Positions 9,645-20,040 of a DNA stretch of 35,609 bases are shown here, in pieces (within the stretch, counting starts at the first letter, position 1; each line of letters opens with the position of its first letter). Source of the DNA: Chrysochromulina tobinii. Its lineage: Eukaryota. Position numbers and translations under genes: made by a program. The stretch is from contig JWZX01002910.1 in the NCBI GenBank assembly GCA_001275005.1, forward strand, positions 1-35,609, written 5' to 3'. The notes beneath the pieces were generated by a model. The model saw nothing but the letters and a program-made list of their open reading frames with translations, was not told the DNA's origin and searched no databases.

Positions 9645-11012
9645 CTAGAGCTTACTCTGCGTAGAGTGCGATACCCTGGCCGATGCGACCACTGCCTTGC
9701 CCGTGAAGCGCCGAATCGAGCAAAGTTTGGCCCCAGGCTCCTCTGGGGGTAACAGCTCGCGATAGCCGAGCAGGGCGGGCGCCAGGGAAGCGACGAAGGA
9801 GAGTGAGGCCTGACCCCACGCGTTGCACCCGACCATGTAGCACACACGGCACGAAGCCGTCGGCATGCCCGCGAGAGGCATCAGGTCCGCTGTCTCCGAG
9901 TAGAGGCCGTACTTTTGGGGGTATGTGGCTCCAAACTCCAAGTACGGGTATTTGTGCCAGCCCCACTTGGCTAGGTTGCCGCAGCGCTCGGTGGCCTTGG
10001 GGCTCTTGAGACCGCTGAAGTGGTCTTCGCCGCTGATGCGCACAAAGTCGTCCTCGACACACCAATCATGACTGAAGCCAAAGGTGAAGAAGTTGGGCGA
10101 GTCGGGGGCAGCCATGCCGCCTACTGGACCGGCCTCGCGATGCGGCAAGGCGGTAAGGTAGCTGTAGCGAGGCGTGAGGAGGCCAGCCAGATGCTCATCG
10201 ATGTACATAGCCCCCGTCGCGACAATCGCCCTCTTGGCGCGGAGTACCTGCCCGTCCTCGAGCCGTATCTCGGCGTAATCCTCGGCTCCTTTCGCATGAC
10301 CGGCATGGCCGACGTGGATTGTGGTGACGCTCTTCATCGGCGCACAGTTCTCCTTGAGCTTCACCGCGCCCATCTTTGAGGCGGCGTCGAGTAGGGCACG
10401 TGCGTAGCTCGCCGAGTCGATGCGCGCATCCCCGGGGAACCAGATGCCCGCCACAAAGCTAGCTGCCTCACCGTGGGCATCGACCACGCGGTCCTTGTCC
10501 CACCACTCGCAGTCGCAGCCGAGCCGTCGAAGGTAGTCGAACTCACGCCTCAATCGTTCGACCTTGTCCGCCTCGCAAACCATCAGGGATCCGAGCTGCT
10601 TCACCTGCTCCTTGGGTCGAGGGAGCACCTTCGACGCAAGCTGAAGCTCAATCCTGAGCCCGCGCTTCGCAAGGTCGAGGTAAGCCTTCACGCCATCCCA
10701 GCCATGATGCTCCGCAAACCCATCCAGCATGAGGTATGGTGGGAGTGTGACGATCATCTTGATGGCGCTAGGTCCACACGGCCCACCCTCGAACACAGCC
10801 GAACCACTATTCTCGGGCTCGAAGGTGGATTCCTCACCAGCGATCAGCGGCGCTCCTCCAGGCACGTGGCCCGCTGTGCTGCGTCCCTTACCGGGCGTGC
10901 CCATCTCCAGGCACAGGATGTTCTTCACCCCCGCGTCGGCAAGGTGGTAGACCGCTGCAGCGCCGGTCGTGCCAGCACCGACGACGATGACTTCATACAC
11001 ATCGGTCGCCAT
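9645..11012 (-). CDS. FAD-dependent oxidoreductase, DAO/glycine-oxidase superfamily
   Basis: VIVVGAGTTG dinucleotide-binding motif, DARIDSASYARAL, AIVATG, YSETADLMPLAG, GCNAWGQ; first ATG at 11012. Confidence 0.85.
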   Translation of the reverse strand: MATDVYEVIVVGAGTTGAAAVYHLADAGVKNILCLEMGTPGKGRSTAGHVPGGAPLIAGEESTFEPENSGSAVFEGGPCGPSAIKMIVTLPPYLMLDGFAEHHGWDGVKAYLDLAKRGLRIELQLASKVLPRPKEQVKQLGSLMVCEADKVERLRREFDYLRRLGCDCEWWDKDRVVDAHGEAASFVAGIWFPGDARIDSASYARALLDAASKMGAVKLKENCAPMKSVTTIHVGHAGHAKGAEDYAEIRLEDGQVLRAKRAIVATGAMYIDEHLAGLLTPRYSYLTALPHREAGPVGGMAAPDSPNFFTFGFSHDWCVEDDFVRISGEDHFSGLKSPKATERCGNLAKWGWHKYPYLEFGATYPQKYGLYSETADLMPLAGMPTASCRVCYMVGCNAWGQASLSFVASLAPALLGYRELLPPEEPGAKLCSIRRFTGKAVVASARVSHSTQSKL

Positions 11013-11408
11013 CGCGATCGCCGACACACGCGACCGCTCTCGCACAACTCCATGTTGGTCAGAACGACGCTCGGGTTTGCCACGAGCTCGTGTTGACGTT
11101 TGTAGGCCCTCCCCCGAAACTTGTCCCCGCCACCCCCGCTCGTGGGAAAACCACCTTAATACTGTACTGTAAGCAGCTTTCGCCACAAAGCACCGCTCAC
11201 TCCTCTACATCCTCTTCCACTCCTCTTCCTGGGAAAACTGAATGAACGCTCATGACAAACTTGGAAGTTTCGCTTCGCGGGACTACGGGTATTCGGTTAT
11301 CTCGTCGGTACAAGTCGACGCGAGCGCTGCCCGTGTGTTCGTAGCGTGTGTAACGCTACGACCGCCCATAGACGTGGTGCTTAAGGTGGAGCGGAGTGAA
11401 GCCGCGCC

Positions 11409-14400
11409 ATGCCAAAGGCAACGAATGCACGGGCGGATGCCTTTGAGAGTGGAAGGGGGCTTATCACCGGCAAGAAACAGGCGGAGGCGTCACCTCGCAC
11501 GAAAATCGAATCGGAGTCGTCGAGTGCCAACGCTGCCCCAGCTGCCCAGCTCACGGTTCAGGAAATCGAATTTGGCAAGGTGGTTCACAATGCCATCGAG
11601 TTCCTCGAAAAAAAGCAGCGTACGGCAGAGCACGAGGAGCTTGAGGCGCGCCAGATGCGCAAATGCAACGCTCAGATCACTTTGAGGGCTCTCGTGCACC
11701 GCAAAGGCGGGCTCCCGCCAAAAGCTTTCCTCGAAGAGGTTACGGGCTCAATCCGGTTCGACGAGGTCCGGAGCCTGCTCCAGCGGCGCTGCAACTTGAA
11801 AGCTAAGCGGCCTCAAGTACTCTGGCTCGAGCCACATGGCGAGACTGTCAACTTGGACAACCAGATTGTGTTCCAGCGCTTCGTGAACACAATGTGGTGT
11901 AAGCAGCCCTTGGTTGTTCACGTGCGAGACGAGGAAATGTCCAAACCAGAGGCAAACGTTGAGCCCATTCTTCTCCAAGAGCCGGCCAAGCTTCTCTTTG
12001 CACGGTACGACCTCAACGGCAACGGCCGAGTGGAGAAGCTCGAGCTGAAGCGGCTGCTAATCAACGATCTCAAGATTGATCGGTACATCGACTGCTCTGC
12101 TCTCATGATGGAGCGCTTCCTAGATGGCGAGTTCAAGCTCGTTGATCTCGATCAAGGTTCGGAGGGCGTCTCGTTGAGTGAATTCACCACATACGTGACG
12201 GCCATGTCCCGATGGATGCGCAGCGAGCTCCTGCAGTTTGTCAATCCCAAGAGCACATTTTCGGGCCTTGCTGCAAAGGCCGTCGAGATGCAGCTGCTGC
12301 CAATCCATCCGCCACCTCCTGTACCGGTAGCGGACGGCCGAGGATCAGTCTCGATTGTTGAGACAAACGTGTTCGGCATTCGCGTTGAGATTCCCGCCAG
12401 CATGCTCGCACGGCACCCCGGTGCCAAGATTTCTTTGCAGACCCTCTCTGCACCGAATGTGTACCATCTGGGGGAAAGCCCGGGTGCGCCAAAGAGCGAG
12501 TTCATCTTCTCACCCATCGTGCGGATCGACTTCCCCGCGTTTGAGAATGGAGAGGAGCCGCCCGATCTGGGTGGCCCGATTGCGCCGCCATTTGAGACGC
12601 CATTCATCCTGACCATGCCCCATTGCTTCGACCCGGCTGATGGTATGCAGTCGTGCGTCTTTCTTAGCGCCCCGCATGGCGGCATGACATGGGAAGCACC
12701 GCACGCCGTCAGCCCAAATTCTAGCCGTCCTTCGAGCCCAACCGCAAACTTTGAGGGGCCCATGCTGGAGCTTCAAGAGGATCAGATGAGAGCCATGATG
12801 CCATATGCAGGCCTCTGTTGCGTCTTCACCAATCCTACCATGGAAGATCTAGCTGCGGTTCGCATCTTTCTTTTCTCGATGCCAGAGTTGCCGCGTGATG
12901 AAATTTCCACTCTACGTCTGCACATTTGCCTGCATCTTCCCGATCAGACGCAGGAGATGGAGCTCATTCAGACCTCCGAGTGGGGCGCAAGCAAGTGCAT
13001 CGGCTCCACACCCGTCCTCAAACTCTTCGAAGGCGCCACTCTCAAGTTCACGTACCAAGCGCAGGAGCACGTCTTGGTGTGGATGGGCTTTCGGGTGACA
13101 GCCGAATTCACCATCCCAAAGATGGGTGACAAGGGTGAGGAGCCGCGCGAAGACGATCCCGACGACAGGGAGATCCTCCGCGGCGCCGTGGGCGTTGAGA
13201 TCCTTCCAGGGAAGGGCAAGCAGTCGTCGCGCGTTCGGCTCGTTTCCAAGCGGGCGGGCATCCCCGAAACGGGGTACGAGATCCCCTTTGCCGTGCGCCT
13301 CATGAATGAGGTGCGACCCAACGCGCCCGTACTCAGTCTCAAGGATCGAAGGCCATTCGACTTCACGCTCGAGTGGAGGAAGCCAACGGTCATCGATGGC
13401 GATGGTGATGGCGATTTTGCGGAGATTACGCACTACGCGATCGAAATTACAACGACAGCCCCCTCGGGCACCTATTATCCCTGGACAGAGGTCTGGTGTG
13501 GCGCAGGCCATGCGTCCCCAGACTTTCGTGCAATCGTAGCTATGAAAGAGGCCAAGAAGAGCGGTGACACTGCCACAATCGAGAGACTCCAACTCGAGGA
13601 AGGCAAGAGGAGCGGTGCCGCCAAAGATGAGGGAGGCGCCGATGAGGGTGAGGAGAAGAAGATGAACGAGGGTGAGGAGAAGAAGACGAAGGAAGGTGAG
13701 GAGATGATGACGAAGGAAGGTGAGGAGAAAAACAAGACGAAGGAGAAGAAGAAGCGAGCCAAGGAGAGCAAGGTAGCGAAGGACGGCGCAACGGATCAGG
13801 GCGTCGGACCCATCCTTTCATACACGCTGCCCGTGGATCCAGCACTCTTCGGCTACCTGAGGATTCGGTGCTGGGCGGAAGAGGAGGCGAGACCCTCTAG
13901 ATACTCAAACGAGGTAAAACTTCCTCGTTGGCAAGGAAAGGAAAAGAAAAAGGAGCAAGTGGACCAGTCAGTGGAAGATGTGATGAGGCAATACTTCAAG
14001 AACCTCCCGCAGCACATCACCGATCAGAGTGCTGGGGTCTGGTACAGAATCGGCAACGTGCCGAGCAGAAACGTCTGGGGTGGCGATGGAATCCCGCCGC
14101 CGCCCAAGGCTGAGAAGGCATCAGAACCAGCCATGGCACCGGTGCCTTACGACGTGCCCCGCTTGCCGAACATTCCCGGCTTGAAGGAATCGGGCTCAGT
14201 GCTGGCAAGCTTCTACAAGGAAATGGGGTGTGATGGTGGCGGAGGCGGTGTAGTCTTCGGACTTCGCATTGATCACGTCTTGCACGCAATCGTGGGCACC
14301 CCAACTCTCAATGGCGAAAATGCGCCCTCTCGGACGGTTGCCACGCTGAGTGAGCCACTGATGGCGTTCTGTGAGATCGCTTACGCGGATGCAATGCTGC

Positions 14401-15989
14401 CGCTCCTTGATACGGTCGTCGAGCTCAAGCCTCAGTGGCGAGATGTCAATGAAAAGGTCAGGGGTATCGTTCGACAGGTCGCATCGCTCCGCGCGCATTA
14501 CAATATCTGCGAGCAGCATGTCAAAGAGATACTGAATGTACTGTTGGAGCTGCATCAGATGCTGCGCGGATGCCAGGCGGAGCAGTTTCTCGCCTTCCAC
14601 CTCAGTCACGTTGACTACAGCGACGGTGTGAAGAAAGCTCTGAAGGAAGAGCTAGCTGCAAGCATGTCCAACGCTCTTTGGCGACTTTCCATCGAGCTTC
14701 TCAAGATGCAGCTCGAAGTGCGCACGTCAGGGGCAGCCGTTGGCCTCGAGCTTCCGCATCTGCGCCCTTCGTGGGCGCGTTGCGCCGCCGTCTCCGCGCC
14801 AACGAGTCCAACGACGCCAAAGAGTCCAATGATGCCAACGAGTCCAAAGAGTATTGAAGCCGGGCGTCCCGGGTCCGGGACCGCCGCAGGGGCGACACTA
14901 GGCAATGCAGCCATTGACGTCGAGGGCGATCAATCTTTGTCGGATGCCAGATCGACGAGGACGAAATCAGCGTCGACGAGGCCGAAATCCCCGCCACAAG
15001 CGACGCGTTGCGTGTCCACACTTGAAGAAGACGACAAGAAGAAATCTCCCGACCCGATGACTACGCAGAATCTTCTCCAGAAGAATACTCCCGCGCAGCA
15101 TCTGCTGCAGCTCCAACGCGCAGCAGATGCTGCCCAGCTTACTCCCGCCCAGAAATGGCAGAAGAATCTTGAATCGCGCCTGTGGTTCAAGAAGCTTGAA
15201 TGGGGCGAGGTACTCGATAATCCCTTCAACAGTGGTTCATCTTGGACGGACCGACTCGTAGATCAGGCTTCTCGTGCTGCATCACCGCATGTGCAGCATG
15301 TGCCAGTTTACTCGAACGGTCTCTTGCGCTTCGTTCCCGTATTGCCATCAAGTGCAGGCAGCTTGTTGCGCGTCGCTCCCGTGTCGCCTCGCGTACTCGT
15401 AGGCAGCTCAAGCCCGCCACGAAGGGCTGCTACAGCGCCCCACCGCATGTCGCCCCGTCTCTCCGACGCAAATATTCTCTCCAGAGGCGGCGGGGGTCGG
15501 GGCAGCGTGAGCCCGCCACCTCTGTCGCCGGTTGCAAGCACCTCGAGCTTCTCACTCCGTTCAACGGCTGGAGACAGCCCGGGCCGTACTTCACCTCGTC
15601 GAGGCAGGTTGCATAGCTCCATGCATTACCGTGTCGGGCAACACGAAACCGCAAGATACCACACGGTTTGGCATCGCGTGGTCTCGATCGACAAGGCCAG
15701 AAGCGCTGCACGATGCGCTACAGCGCCCCACCGCGAATCGCCCCTTCTGCACGACGCAAACTCGCTCTCTGTCTGCGGTGGCGGTCGGGGCAGCAGAAGC
15801 GCTACCACACCAAGTACTACAGCGCCCCACCGCGAATCGCCCCGTCTGTCCGATGCAAGCTCTCTCTCTCGAGGTGGTGGCGGTCGGGGCACCTCTCACA
15901 AACACACCGCCTCCTATATTTCGGATCTTCTTCAGCGTGAAGATTGGAGGAGAATGGGGATAGATTGTCGCCCAGAAGTGGGACGATGA
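11409..15989 (+). CDS. 1526-aa multidomain protein: PB1-like, EF-hands, ZU5/UPA-like, fibronectin type III, helical region and low-complexity tail
   Basis: Long uninterrupted ORF; EF loop DLNGNGRVEKLE; ZU5-like FGIRVEIP...FSPIVRI...FETPFILTMPHC; FN3-like PNAPVL...FTLEWRKP...ITHYAIEI...W...LRIRCW...YSNEV. Confidence 0.8.
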   Translation: MPKATNARADAFESGRGLITGKKQAEASPRTKIESESSSANAAPAAQLTVQEIEFGKVVHNAIEFLEKKQRTAEHEELEARQMRKCNAQITLRALVHRKGGLPPKAFLEEVTGSIRFDEVRSLLQRRCNLKAKRPQVLWLEPHGETVNLDNQIVFQRFVNTMWCKQPLVVHVRDEEMSKPEANVEPILLQEPAKLLFARYDLNGNGRVEKLELKRLLINDLKIDRYIDCSALMMERFLDGEFKLVDLDQGSEGVSLSEFTTYVTAMSRWMRSELLQFVNPKSTFSGLAAKAVEMQLLPIHPPPPVPVADGRGSVSIVETNVFGIRVEIPASMLARHPGAKISLQTLSAPNVYHLGESPGAPKSEFIFSPIVRIDFPAFENGEEPPDLGGPIAPPFETPFILTMPHCFDPADGMQSCVFLSAPHGGMTWEAPHAVSPNSSRPSSPTANFEGPMLELQEDQMRAMMPYAGLCCVFTNPTMEDLAAVRIFLFSMPELPRDEISTLRLHICLHLPDQTQEMELIQTSEWGASKCIGSTPVLKLFEGATLKFTYQAQEHVLVWMGFRVTAEFTIPKMGDKGEEPREDDPDDREILRGAVGVEILPGKGKQSSRVRLVSKRAGIPETGYEIPFAVRLMNEVRPNAPVLSLKDRRPFDFTLEWRKPTVIDGDGDGDFAEITHYAIEITTTAPSGTYYPWTEVWCGAGHASPDFRAIVAMKEAKKSGDTATIERLQLEEGKRSGAAKDEGGADEGEEKKMNEGEEKKTKEGEEMMTKEGEEKNKTKEKKKRAKESKVAKDGATDQGVGPILSYTLPVDPALFGYLRIRCWAEEEARPSRYSNEVKLPRWQGKEKKKEQVDQSVEDVMRQYFKNLPQHITDQSAGVWYRIGNVPSRNVWGGDGIPPPPKAEKASEPAMAPVPYDVPRLPNIPGLKESGSVLASFYKEMGCDGGGGGVVFGLRIDHVLHAIVGTPTLNGENAPSRTVATLSEPLMAFCEIAYADAMLPLLDTVVELKPQWRDVNEKVRGIVRQVASLRAHYNICEQHVKEILNVLLELHQMLRGCQAEQFLAFHLSHVDYSDGVKKALKEELAASMSNALWRLSIELLKMQLEVRTSGAAVGLELPHLRPSWARCAAVSAPTSPTTPKSPMMPTSPKSIEAGRPGSGTAAGATLGNAAIDVEGDQSLSDARSTRTKSASTRPKSPPQATRCVSTLEEDDKKKSPDPMTTQNLLQKNTPAQHLLQLQRAADAAQLTPAQKWQKNLESRLWFKKLEWGEVLDNPFNSGSSWTDRLVDQASRAASPHVQHVPVYSNGLLRFVPVLPSSAGSLLRVAPVSPRVLVGSSSPPRRAATAPHRMSPRLSDANILSRGGGGRGSVSPPPLSPVASTSSFSLRSTAGDSPGRTSPRRGRLHSSMHYRVGQHETARYHTVWHRVVSIDKARSAARCATAPHRESPLLHDANSLSVCGGGRGSRSATTPSTTAPHRESPRLSDASSLSRGGGGRGTSHKHTASYISDLLQREDWRRMGIDCRPEVGR
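13644..13745 (+). repeat. 24-nt coding repeat (EGEEKKxx) x4
   Basis: EGEEKKMN EGEEKKTK EGEEMMTK EGEEKNKTK. Confidence 0.85.
15428..15893 (+). repeat. Three dispersed ~78-nt coding repeats
   Basis: TAPHRMSPRLSDANILSRGGGGRGS / TAPHRESPLLHDANSLSVCGGGRGS / TAPHRESPRLSDASSLSRGGGGRGT near 15430, 15720 and 15817. Confidence 0.85.
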
Positions 15990-16398
15990 GAGAAGGGGAT
16001 AGTCACGTTAATATGTAGAGGGATAGATCGGAGATACAGGCCGCCTCGCGCTCTGCTGGCTTCGAGAGTACAGCTGTCCTCGACTGTGTACGCGTGTGCA
16101 GGCCTCTGTCGCAAACACGCCAAACTTATACGAGTTCGTGTGCGCTGTTTGTGTGAGTGCACGCCCACGCCTCTCCGCCTGCGAGTGTGTGTGAATTTAA
16201 AACTGGACCACACAGTACAGCGGCGCTCATGCGGGCGCGTCCCCGGGGGGGCGCGCTTAGTGTGACCGTGAACCGACAAACTTCGTTCCGGGCGTGCATG
16301 CAAAGGGAGAATCCTTTCGCTCTCCGTTAGCGTAGTTGCCTTCCTCGACCTCTTGTCAAAGGCCATAAGGAGCGTCGACACACCGTCAAACCAGATAT

Positions 16399-19382
16399 AT
16401 GGAGAGAAGCGCCAAGAAATCTTCAACAAAAGAGGACCCCACGAAAGACGCAACCGAGGTTCGCTACTCCGCGCTGCTCGAGTTGGCTTGGACTGCCATC
16501 AATCCAATCCTGCGCCAGGGCGCGGAAAAGTGCCTCGCGGCCATTCCTGGCCGCAGCCAGTTGCGCGAGTGGGAACGTCAGGAATTGGACGGCGGTGTGC
16601 ACGGTGCCTACGAGTGGCTAGCGGGCTGCCTGGCCGAAGAGCTCGAGACAGCCATCGAGGGCGCGCAGAAGGCTGCGCGGCAGGCGCTGAAGGTCCAGGC
16701 GGCGACGTTTGCAATGAAGCTTGAAACATCTCGGACGGCGGGAGCGGTGATGCTCGAGGCGCAGGCGGCCGAGATGGAGGCGGCAATGCACCGCAAGACG
16801 GAAGAGGCGCTCAAGGCTTTCAAGGGCGCCGAGGGCGATCTCCTTGCAGCGGCTCACAGAGAGATTGAGATCATGCAACAGGAGGTGACGCGGGGGAAGC
16901 TCACACGAGCGGCGCGTTGCGTGCTGATGGGCTCCATCGTTACATGCTGACCGCCACCCCGAGTGCACGCTGATCGCCTCCTGTTCGCTCCCTGATCGCG
17001 TGCAGATGACGAGGCTGAAGCTCAAAGTCAGTGGCGCAGACGAAGCGATCAGCGTGCTCAAGGGGATGCTTCGCGTGTGTGAGCAAGGTGGCGCCGACGC
17101 GGAGGAGGAGCTCAGGCATGCAAAGGAGCATGCAAAGGAGCTGAAGGAGGAGCTCGAGCATGCGCACGCGACGCTCGAGCGCGCCCTGGCGGACCTCGAG
17201 GTGAGGCTCGGGTCCGACCAAACGCTCTGATGACCTCTGATGACGTGCCTCCTTTTCATCAGGTGAGGCTCGGGTCCAACCAGACGCTCTCGAAGACTGT
17301 CGAGGCTGTGGTGCGCGAGTCGGACAGGTTGCGTCGGGAGAGTCTCGACGCACGTGGTCAGCTGCACGGCGCGCTCGCCGAGCTCGGGATCAAGATCGAG
17401 GAGAACACGTCGCTTGCCGACCAGATCAAGATGCTCATCGCGCAGACGGGGGATGGCGAAGTTGTACGAATGGAGCGTGATGCCTTGCTTGAGAGGTCAC
17501 GCATACTGCAGGGCACCCTCACCAAACTGGATGAGGCCCAACACGAGCGGCGCGCCCAACTCGACGCCGCCCGTGCGGAGCTCGGCACTCTCCGTGGAGC
17601 TGCGGCTGAGCTCGCCACGATGCGTGCGCTACTGAGTGAGAGCCAGCAAGCGAGTCATCAGGCTGCGGCGCGGGCAGACGCGGCGGCGGCGGACTTGGTG
17701 GAGATGCGCCGCTCAAGAGGTAGCGAGGGCGAGAGGCTTGAAGGGATGCAGAGGATGGTGAATAGCATGAGGGGCGTCATCAACAGCGCCATGGCGACCT
17801 TGGAGGACGGATTTGAGCGGCTTGGGCTGAGCGCGCCGGCGGCCGGAGGCACGGGCAAGGTGGGCCGCGCCATGCACTCCCGCCCAGGGGCGGGTCCAGG
17901 GGTGAGTCCAGGAGTGAGTCCTCGAGTGAGTCAAGGGGCAACTCCAGGTGGGTGGCGGATTCAAGGGGAGCCCGCCAAGGGCGGCGGCGACGAGATGAGA
18001 AGATCCGAAGCCACCGAAGGTGAGGGATCTCTGGCGGCGGCTGAGCTGAGTCTCGAGGCTCGTGTGGAGGTGCTCACATCGCATTCAACGGCGTTGATGC
18101 TCGCACTCGAACAGACCATGACAGAGCTCGCTGCCTTGCGCAACTCGCACGCCGAGATTCACTCCGAGATTCACTCCGAGATTCACTCCGAGATTCACGC
18201 CGAGATTCACTCCGAGGTTCACTCGCAGCTGGCCTACTGGAAGGCGGAGGCGGGCAAGCTGCGGTCGGAGATGCACCTCTGCTGCTCCAAGCTGGACGCT
18301 GTGCTCGTGCCGACGACCCTCGGTCCTCGAGCTGCCTTCAGCACCCCGCCTCGAGCTGCCTTCGGCACCCCGCCAGGACATGGACGTGTCCATGGGCATC
18401 GCGGTGGCGGCGGCGGCCGGGACGCAGCAGCCGACGCGGCAGCAGACGCGGCAGCAGACGAGGAGGGATCAGACCCAACGGCCGCCTCCGATCTGACGCG
18501 CCGCGTCGAGCGGGCGGCTGCCATGCTCGAACAGGTTCGTGCCGACATGGAGGCATCCGCCGCGGCGCTCGGGGCAACGCGCGACGCCTTCGAGAAGCTC
18601 CAGTGCCAGCTCACCTCCGCCGATGGGATCGGAAGTGCAAAGATCGCCCAGCTCAAGCTCGAGGCACAGCATGAGCGCGCGGCCCTTGTCACGAGCGCTC
18701 TCGAGTCGCTGCGCCATCTGCGATCGCATCTGGTCACGGCGCTCAGTGGCCTGCGCGAGGTTTCGTGTGTGGAGAGGGAACGTGCGAGGCCGAGCACCAC
18801 CCCTGGCAAGGCGTTCTCGTCACCGCGAGCCCTCGAGCCCTCACAGCTGGGAGCGCAAGAGGAGGTGAGAGGAGGATGGCCCCTCCGAATGGGCCGCCTT
18901 GCATGCAAGTGTTCACCACATTTCCCCTTCCTTCCCCACAGGTGAGAGGAGGATGGCCCCTCAGACTCCAGGGAGGACTTCCGAACCACATGGTGATCCG
19001 TGTCGAGCTCCCTCTACTTTGTCAAATCCGCAGCCCTCGACCACGCGTGCTGCATGGCCTCTCGTACGAAGGGGTGAGTTGGCAGGAGCCGCCGCGAGCA
19101 CTCCACGGCGGCCGCCCTCGAGCAAAGTCGTCGGCAGATGCTGGGGCGAAGGTCGTCTCGCCGCTCTCGGCGTGCGCGGCGCTCTGCCAGACGCCGCCGC
19201 CGAGGCTCGCGAGGCAGCCCGCCGCGCTGGCGGAGAATGAGGACCTCCTCGCGCCAGAGCCGCTCGGGCGCGATGATGCCGTCGCGCTCCGCCCGTTCAC
19301 TGCCACATCGCCGCATCCTCCCGTGTATCCTCGATCACCTGCGCAGTCGGCCCGGCCGGCGACTATGGGTCTTGGTGTTTAG
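16399..19382 (+). CDS. Uncharacterised coiled-coil protein (~907 aa), join(16399..16884,17006..17200,17263..18864,18942..19382)
   Basis: Four ORF segments are joined in frame by three phase-0 GT-AG introns; heptad-like A/E/L/R-rich sequence; the spliced junction ALADLE|VRLGSNQTL parallels a later internal repeat ALAELGIKIEENTSL. Confidence 0.72.
16885..17005 (+). other. Spliceosomal intron 1 (121 nt)
   Basis: GAG|gtgacg...ctgaccgcc...ctgatcgcc...gcgtgcag|ATG; removes the in-frame stop at 16948-16950. Confidence 0.7.
17201..17262 (+). other. Spliceosomal intron 2 (62 nt)
   Basis: GAG|gtgagg...ctctgatgacctctgatgac...ccttttcatcag|GTG; removes a stop and restores frame. Confidence 0.85.
18148..18225 (+). 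repeat. 12-nt coding tandem repeat (EIHS) x ~6
   Basis: gagattcactcc units. Confidence 0.9.
18865..18941 (+). other. Spliceosomal intron 3 (77 nt)
   Basis: GAG|gtgaga...tttccccttccttccccacag|GTG; clear polypyrimidine tract; removal shifts into the frame open to 19382. Confidence 0.8.
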
Positions 19383-19620
19383 AAGACCGACGAATTGAAA
19401 CCATCGAACACCGACCAATGGACACCACAGTGCCGCACGGCAGAGGGCAATCTCCTCCAGTACACGCGGAGACGCACTGACACACGAGAGGCGATAGGCC
19501 GAGAGCAGCACAAGGCCACGCACCACGCACCGCAGGCACTTGCCCGTGCCTCGGCCCGTGGCTCTGGCTGCACTCACATCTCATCAACATGTCTCTCGCC
19601 ACACAGTGTCAGTGACTAGT

Positions 19621-20040
19621 TCAGTAGCCGTAGCCGCCGCCGTAGCCGCCGCCATAGCCACCGCCGTACATGTAGCCGCCCCCGCCGTAGGCGTAGCTGC
19701 GCTGGTTGTCTCGAGCGGCTTCTTCTTCAGCATCAAAGCGCGCCATGTCTGCATCTTGCCACTTGATGTGCTGCTGTGTGTCTTGATGCGCGCGCCACGA
19801 CGCCGCTCCCTTCGCAGTGCCGCACGGAAGATGCCATCCGCCGCACTTGCACTGGATCTTGTCGCCGTAGAGCTCTGTCTCGCTCATCATCACCACCACT
19901 CCATCGCGCTTCACGGGCACCATGCCTGGGGCGCACCAGAACATCTGCGGCTTTGACTTCTTCTTCTTCTTCTTGATCGCTCCACCACCTGCGCAACGGG
20001 TGCGGTTGTGGCCGGCTTCGCCACAGAGAGAGCACACCAT
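19621..20040 (-). CDS. Small (139 aa) CCHC zinc-knuckle protein with poly-Lys tract and Gly/Tyr-rich tail
   Basis: MVCSLCGEAGHNRTRC (Cx2Cx4Hx4C), KKKKKKSK, CKCGG...WRAHQDTQQH, YGGGYGGGYGGGYGY. Confidence 0.7.
   Translation of the reverse strand: MVCSLCGEAGHNRTRCAGGGAIKKKKKKSKPQMFWCAPGMVPVKRDGVVVMMSETELYGDKIQCKCGGWHLPCGTAKGAASWRAHQDTQQHIKWQDADMARFDAEEEAARDNQRSYAYGGGGYMYGGGYGGGYGGGYGY

Noticed and set aside
17860..17947. Candidate extra intron AAG|gtggg...ccag|GTGGG
   Set aside because: 88 nt; removal would frameshift an already open frame
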